Shown one piece after another: positions 27,082-32,000 of a stretch of DNA of 32,000 nucleotides. This DNA comes from Mycolicibacterium smegmatis (GTDB taxonomy: Bacteria; Actinomycetota; Actinomycetes; Mycobacteriales; Mycobacteriaceae). Each line of letters starts with the position of its first letter. Position 1 is the stretch's first letter. The notes under the pieces were generated by a model. That model did not search any database, had not been told where the DNA came from, and saw nothing but the letters and a program-made list of their open reading frames with translations. The DNA lies in NCBI RefSeq assembly GCF_001457595.1, contig NZ_LN831039.1, positions 1,740,001 to 1,772,000 on the forward strand, in the 5' to 3' direction. A program made the translations under genes and the position numbers.

Positions 27082-27501
27082 ATGCCCGTCTACACCGTCA
27101 CCATGTCCCGCGGCACCCTGAACGGCGAGACCAAAGCGGCCCTGGCCGCCGAGATCACCACCATCCACTCCGCGGTCAACCACGTTCCCTCGACCTACAT
27201 CAACGTGCTGTTCAACGAGCTGGCGCCCTCCAACGTCTACACCGACGGCAAGCCCGCCCATCCGTTGATCATCAACGGATGGGTACGCACCGGACACTCC
27301 GACGAGCAGACCACCGCGCTGGTGACCCAGGTCGCCGACGCCGCGACCCGGATCACCGGAATCCCCGCCGAGCGGGTGCTGGTGATCATCGGCAACAGCC
27401 CGGCGCGGTTCGCCATCGAAGGCGGCCGCATCCTGCCGGACCCGGGTCAGGAACTCGCCTGGCTCGCCGCGACAACTGAACACAGCCCGGGGGCTCGGTA
27501 A
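27082..27501 (+). CDS. tautomerase-superfamily protein, cis-CaaD-like (fused double beta-alpha-beta)
   Basis: 139 aa beginning MPVYTVTM..., with Pro directly after the initiator Met, the catalytic Pro-1 hallmark. Length and the ...FAIEGGRILPDPGQE C-terminal region resemble cis-3-chloroacrylic acid dehalogenase homologues. AGGAGA lies 8 nt upstream. Confidence 0.7.
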   Translation: MPVYTVTMSRGTLNGETKAALAAEITTIHSAVNHVPSTYINVLFNELAPSNVYTDGKPAHPLIINGWVRTGHSDEQTTALVTQVADAATRITGIPAERVLVIIGNSPARFAIEGGRILPDPGQELAWLAATTEHSPGAR

Positions 27502-27510
27502 TTCAGGCCA

Positions 27511-29874
27511 TCAGTGCCCGGCCGGCCTGCGCCGCAGGGGTTCACGCCCCGGCGGTTGCGGTGGCGCAGGCAACAACGGGTGGCGGGGACGGACCGCGAC
27601 CGTGGTCGGTTCCGACGTACTGAGCACCAGCTCCTCACCGGCGTGCCGGATGGCCAATGTGCCATCCGGCCCGTCGCGTAAGGTGTACGTGACGTTGGCG
27701 TGGTCGGCATGCACAGTCACCCGGAACCCCTTCCAGCGCAACCGGAATCGCAGACACGAGATCCCGTCCGGCAGATGCGGATCCAGCGACAGGATGCCCT
27801 CGTCGTCACGCAGCCCGCCGAAACCGGCAACCAGGGCGGTCCACGCCCCGGCCAACGAGGCCATGTGCAGACCGTCGCGGGTGTTGCGGTGCAGATCCCG
27901 CAGATCGATCATGGCGGCTTCGTAGGTGTAGTCGTGGGCGAGAGCGAGATGGCCCACGTCGGCGCACATCACGGCCTGGGTGCAGGCCGACAGCGACGAG
28001 TCGCGCGTCGTGCGACGCTCGTAGTAATCGACGTTGTGGGCCTTCTGCTCCGGGGTGAACGCGTGGCTCTGCCACTGCATCGCGAGCACCAGATCCGCCT
28101 GCTTGAGCACCTGTGCCGGGTAAAGCCGCACGTACGGTTCGTTCATCAGCAGCGGGTAGACCGTGTTGGCCGAGAAGTCCCACTCCGCCAGCGTCGTGAA
28201 CCCCTCGCACTGTGGGTGCACACCCAATTCCTCGTCGTACGGGATGTGGGCGGCCTCGGCCGCGTCGCGCCACGCCGCGGTCTCCTCGGTGGTGACGCCC
28301 ATCGCGTACGCCGCGTCGGGATGGCGGATGCAGGCGTCGGCGGCGACGCGCAGGTTGTGGGCCGCCATCAGATTGGTGAAGACGTTGTCGCGTACCACCG
28401 CGGTGTACTCGTCGGGGCCGGTGACGCCGTCGAGGTGCCAGACGCCGTGGCGGTCGTGGTGCCCCAGTGACATCCACAGGCGTGCCGTGTCCACGAGGAC
28501 CTCAAGGCCGCATTCCTGCTCCAGCGACTCGTCCCCGGTGACGATGCGGTAGCGCTCGAACGCCATCGCGATGTCGGCGTTGATGTGCCACGCCGCGGTG
28601 CCCGCGGGCCAGTACGCCGAACACTCCTCGCCGCGGATGGTGCGCCACGGGAAACTCGCTCCCTTGAGGTCGAGCAGCGCCGCACGTTCCCGTGCGAGGT
28701 CGAGTGTGGAGGCGCGCCACCGCAGCGCGTCGGCCGCGGCCTGCGGTTTGGTGTAGGTCAGCACCGGCAGCACGAAACCTTCGGTGTCCCAGAAGGCGTG
28801 CCCGTCGTACCCGGTGCCGGTGAGACCTTTGCCCGCGATGGCGCGGCGCTCGGCGCGCGCACTGGCCTGCAGCACATGGAACAGCCCGAAACGCACGGCC
28901 TGCTGGCAGTCCGGGTCGCCTTCGACCTCGACGTCGGCGCTGTCCCAGAACTCGTCGAGGTAGGCCCGCTGGGATTCCAGCAGGCCCTGCCAACCGCTGT
29001 ACCGCGCGCCGGTGATGGCACCCGCGGCCTGATCGCGCAGCGCGGGCCGTGACCGCAGGCTCGACCAGCCGTAGGCCAGATACTTGACGATGCGCAGCTT
29101 CTGGCCCGGACGCAGCCCGCAGATGACGGTGGTGCGCGCGAGGTCCTCGTAGGCGCCGGTGCTGATCTCGACGCGGCCGGGCACCTCGACGTCATGATCC
29201 ATCGCCGCGGCCACCATGAGCCCGCTGGCCTGCGTGCGGTGCACGAGAAGCGCACCGTGGTCGGTCTTTTCGTGATGCACCGGTTGCAGCGGGTTCCTCA
29301 GGATGGCCGCGACGCGCGGGTCGCCGAGCGTTTCCGGCTGGTCTTCGTTGGCGACCAGTTCGGATTGCACCGTGATGCGGGTGAACTGGTCGACGGCCTC
29401 CACGGTGTACTCGATGGCCGCGACGCCGCGGTGGGCCAGTGACACCAGCCGCGTGGTCTCGACGCGGACCTGCTTGCCCGCGGGAGAGCACCAGTGAGCG
29501 CGGCGGTTGAGGGTGCCCGCACGCATGTCGAGCGTGCGCTCGTGGTCGATGAGTTCGCCGTAGCGCACGTCGAACGGTTCGTCGTCGACGAGCAGGCGCA
29601 GGATCTTGCCGTTGGTGACGTTGACCACGGTCTGGCCGGCCTCCGGATACCCGAACCCGGCCTCCGCGTAGGGCAGTGGCCGTATCTCGAAGAACCCGGC
29701 CAGATACGTCCCGGGCAGGCCGTGCGGTTCCCCCTCTTCGAGATTGCCGCGCAAACCGATGTGGCCGTTGGACAACGCGAACAGCGACTCCGACTGTGCG
29801 AGCAGGTTGAGGTCCAGGCGTGTCTCACGTACCTGCCACGGTTCGACCGGGTACGCGTCGTGGGTGATCATCAT
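27511..29874 (-). CDS. glycoside hydrolase family 65 disaccharide phosphorylase (maltose/trehalose/kojibiose phosphorylase-like)
   Basis: 787 aa. N-terminal [38 protein letters not shown], central [16 protein letters not shown] block, and the multi-domain length typical of GH65. Immediately downstream of, and ATGA-coupled to, a beta-phosphoglucomutase gene. Rv3401-like. Confidence 0.9.
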   Translation of the reverse strand: MMITHDAYPVEPWQVRETRLDLNLLAQSESLFALSNGHIGLRGNLEEGEPHGLPGTYLAGFFEIRPLPYAEAGFGYPEAGQTVVNVTNGKILRLLVDDEPFDVRYGELIDHERTLDMRAGTLNRRAHWCSPAGKQVRVETTRLVSLAHRGVAAIEYTVEAVDQFTRITVQSELVANEDQPETLGDPRVAAILRNPLQPVHHEKTDHGALLVHRTQASGLMVAAAMDHDVEVPGRVEISTGAYEDLARTTVICGLRPGQKLRIVKYLAYGWSSLRSRPALRDQAAGAITGARYSGWQGLLESQRAYLDEFWDSADVEVEGDPDCQQAVRFGLFHVLQASARAERRAIAGKGLTGTGYDGHAFWDTEGFVLPVLTYTKPQAAADALRWRASTLDLARERAALLDLKGASFPWRTIRGEECSAYWPAGTAAWHINADIAMAFERYRIVTGDESLEQECGLEVLVDTARLWMSLGHHDRHGVWHLDGVTGPDEYTAVVRDNVFTNLMAAHNLRVAADACIRHPDAAYAMGVTTEETAAWRDAAEAAHIPYDEELGVHPQCEGFTTLAEWDFSANTVYPLLMNEPYVRLYPAQVLKQADLVLAMQWQSHAFTPEQKAHNVDYYERRTTRDSSLSACTQAVMCADVGHLALAHDYTYEAAMIDLRDLHRNTRDGLHMASLAGAWTALVAGFGGLRDDEGILSLDPHLPDGISCLRFRLRWKGFRVTVHADHANVTYTLRDGPDGTLAIRHAGEELVLSTSEPTTVAVRPRHPLLPAPPQPPGREPLRRRPAGH

Positions 29875-30686
29875 GGCTGCAGCCGCTCCGAGGGCCGCTC
29901 CGGGGCGTCGAGCAGTTGCGCCAGGTCGGTCACCACGACGTCGGCTCCGTCGCGGCGCAGCTGCTCGCCCTGTCCTACCCGGTCGACTCCGACCACGTAG
30001 CCGAATTTCCCGGCGCGCCCCGCAGCCACCCCCGACAACGCGTCCTCGAACACCGCCGCGTGCGCGGGAGTTACGTCCAGCAGTTGGGCGGCACGCAGGA
30101 AACTGTCGGGAGCGGGCTTGCCGCTGAGGTTCTCGTCGCGCATCGTCACGCCGTCGACCCGGTGCTCGATCAGCGGTGCGAGTCCGGTGATCTCCAGCAC
30201 CTCACGCGTGTTGGCACTCGACGACACCACGGCGCGCCGCAGACCGGCGGACGCGGCCGCCTCCAGATACCGTCGTGACCCCTCGAACACCTCGACGCCA
30301 TCCTTGCGCAACGTCGTGTGGAACATGTCGTTCTTGCGGTTTCCCAGCCCGTGCACGGTCTCGGCGTCGGGCGGATCATCCGGCCCGCCCTCGGGCAGTT
30401 CGATGCCGCGGCTCGACAGGAACGACCGGACGCCGTCCTCTCGCCGCTTGCCGTCGACGTACCGCAGGTAGTCGTCGGCGATGTCGAACGGCACGAACGG
30501 TTCCCCGGTGGACTGCGCCCGCGCTCGCAGATAGTCGTCGAACATCGCCTTCCACGCCTTTTTGTGCACGCTGGCCGTGTCGGTGAGCACGCCGTCCAGG
30601 TCGAACAGGCACGCCGTGATCTGCTCGGGGAGCCCCAGCACAAGTCCCTCGCTTCTGTGAGTTTCGTCCTCCGACCACCGCACCAC
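29871..30686 (-). CDS. pgmB: beta-phosphoglucomutase family HAD hydrolase
   Basis: HAD motif [11 protein letters not shown], motif II VVSSS and C-terminal [13 protein letters not shown]. Its stop overlaps the GH65 start (ATGA at 29871-29874). The start is uncertain: ATG at 30686, or an internal GTG that gives [17 protein letters not shown]. Confidence 0.85.
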   Translation of the reverse strand: MVRWSEDETHRSEGLVLGLPEQITACLFDLDGVLTDTASVHKKAWKAMFDDYLRARAQSTGEPFVPFDIADDYLRYVDGKRREDGVRSFLSSRGIELPEGGPDDPPDAETVHGLGNRKNDMFHTTLRKDGVEVFEGSRRYLEAAASAGLRRAVVSSSANTREVLEITGLAPLIEHRVDGVTMRDENLSGKPAPDSFLRAAQLLDVTPAHAAVFEDALSGVAAGRAGKFGYVVGVDRVGQGEQLRRDGADVVVTDLAQLLDAPERPSERLQP

Positions 30687-30812
30687 ATCGGCACAGTCGC
30701 CGCCAGGAGCTTGAGAAAAGCGTTATCGGGGCGGGATAACCATCGAAGCGCGAAGCGAACCACCAGGCCGGGCATCGGCGGGAACGATCAGTGCAGCTCT
30801 TAGACTGTTGCG

Positions 30813-32000
30813 GTGGCATCAGAATCTCCCCGTCCCGTTCTCGTCATCGACTACGGCGCGCAGTACGCCCAGCTGATCGCACGGCGGGTCCGTGAGGCGC
30901 GGGTGTATTCGGAAGTCGTCCCGCACACCGCAGGCGTCGAGGAGATCAAGGCCAAGGATCCCCAGGCCATCGTGTTGTCGGGTGGACCGGCCAGCGTCTA
31001 CACCGAGGGCGCCCCGCAGCTCGATCCCGCGCTGTTCGACCTGGACGTTCCGGTGTTCGGCATCTGCTACGGCTTCCAGGCCATGGCGCAGGCCCTCGGC
31101 GGCACCGTCGAGCGCACCGGCACCAGCGAGTTCGGCCGCACCGAGCTGCAGGTCACCGGTGGCGACCTGCACTCCGAGCTGCCCGCCACGCAGCCGGTGT
31201 GGATGAGCCACGGCGACGCGGTGACCGCGGCGCCCGAGGGCTTCGACGTGATCGCCTCCAGCGCCGGTGCGCCCGTCGCGGGCTTCGAGAACCGCGCGCG
31301 CCGCCTGGCAGGTGTGCAATATCACCCCGAGGTCCTGCACTCGCCGCACGGCCAGCAGGTGCTCAGCCGGTTCCTGCACGACTTCGCCGGTATCGACGCG
31401 ACGTGGACACCCGCCAACATCGCCGATCAGCTGATCGAGGCGGTGCGTGAGCAGATCGGTGACGGCCGCGCGATCTGCGGCCTGTCCGGCGGCGTGGACT
31501 CCGCCGTGGCCGCGGCGCTGGTGCAGCGCGCCATCGGGGACCGGCTGACGTGTGTGTTCGTCGACCACGGCCTGCTGCGCGCGGGCGAGCGCGCCCAGGT
31601 GCAGCGCGACTTCGTCGCCGCGACCGGCGCCAAGCTGGTCACCGTCGACGTCGCAGACCGGTTCCTGGAAGCGCTGACCGGCGTGACCAACCCCGAGGGC
31701 AAGCGCAAGATCATCGGCCGCGAATTCATCCGCGCGTTCGAGGGCGCGGTGCGTGACCTGGTCGAGGATGAGGGCAGCGGCGACATCGACTTCCTGGTGC
31801 AGGGCACGCTGTACCCCGACGTCGTGGAATCCGGCGGCGGTTCCGGCACGGCCAACATCAAGAGCCATCACAACGTCGGCGGGCTGCCCGACGATCTGAA
31901 GTTCAAGCTCGTCGAGCCGCTGCGGCTGCTGTTCAAGGACGAGGTCCGCGCGGTGGGCCGTGAACTCGGACTCCCCGAGGAAATCGTTGCGCGCCAACCC
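30813..32000 (+). CDS. guaA: GMP synthase (glutamine-hydrolysing), 3' end outside the window
   Basis: Not in the ORF track because it has no stop in the window. The GTG at 30813 is the first start after the in-frame TAG at 30801. Translation: [38 protein letters not shown]..., GATase [17 protein letters not shown]-loop [35 protein letters not shown], ...[30 protein letters not shown]. The 392-aa minus-strand ORF 30819-31997 is its antisense shadow. Confidence 0.95.
   Translation, partial: MASESPRPVLVIDYGAQYAQLIARRVREARVYSEVVPHTAGVEEIKAKDPQAIVLSGGPASVYTEGAPQLDPALFDLDVPVFGICYGFQAMAQALGGTVERTGTSEFGRTELQVTGGDLHSELPATQPVWMSHGDAVTAAPEGFDVIASSAGAPVAGFENRARRLAGVQYHPEVLHSPHGQQVLSRFLHDFAGIDATWTPANIADQLIEAVREQIGDGRAICGLSGGVDSAVAAALVQRAIGDRLTCVFVDHGLLRAGERAQVQRDFVAATGAKLVTVDVADRFLEALTGVTNPEGKRKIIGREFIRAFEGAVRDLVEDEGSGDIDFLVQGTLYPDVVESGGGSGTANIKSHHNVGGLPDDLKFKLVEPLRLLFKDEVRAVGRELGLPEEIVARQP

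Overview
High-GC chromosomal segment from a Mycobacterium/Mycolicibacterium, M. smegmatis-like judging by the protein sequences. Gene order matches, in inverted orientation, the M. tuberculosis Rv3423c-Rv3396c neighbourhood as I recall it. The core genes are an alpha/beta hydrolase, tsaE-tsaB-rimI-tsaD, CIRCE-controlled groES-groEL1 (His-rich GroEL1 tail), whiB3, an Rv3415c-like gene, sigD-rsdA, an Rv3412-like gene, guaB, a guaB3-like gene, choD and, at the right edge, guaA (runs off the window and is missing from the ORF track). Two accessory blocks interrupt this backbone. Block 1 (about 6.2-16 kb, between groEL1 and whiB3) holds a decayed SnoaL-like pseudogene and a cluster of exported proteins: a class-C beta-lactamase-like putative lipoprotein, a small Cys-containing secreted protein, a secreted alpha/beta hydrolase and a Ser/Thr/Ala/Pro-rich anchored protein. 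It also holds an apparently intact IS1380-family insertion sequence with a 5-bp target duplication, an orphan 2-TM protein, an enoyl-CoA hydratase and a divergent SDR/TetR pair with twin operators. Block 2 (about 24.6-30.7 kb, between choD and guaA) holds phoU, a benzoylformate-decarboxylase-like ThDP enzyme, a cis-CaaD-like tautomerase and a pgmB-GH65 phosphorylase operon. I see no CRISPR array, tRNA/rRNA, toxin-antitoxin pair or recognisable defence system. The best candidates for something new are modest. One is the IS insertion, which separates a SigA-like promoter from the exported-protein operon and points its transposase at that operon. Another is the exported protein that has no canonical start codon. 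The third is a perfect 14-bp palindrome over the apparent leaderless choD promoter, with a related half-site arrangement downstream of phoU. Many long ORFs in the track are antisense shadow ORFs typical of high-GC DNA and were rejected.
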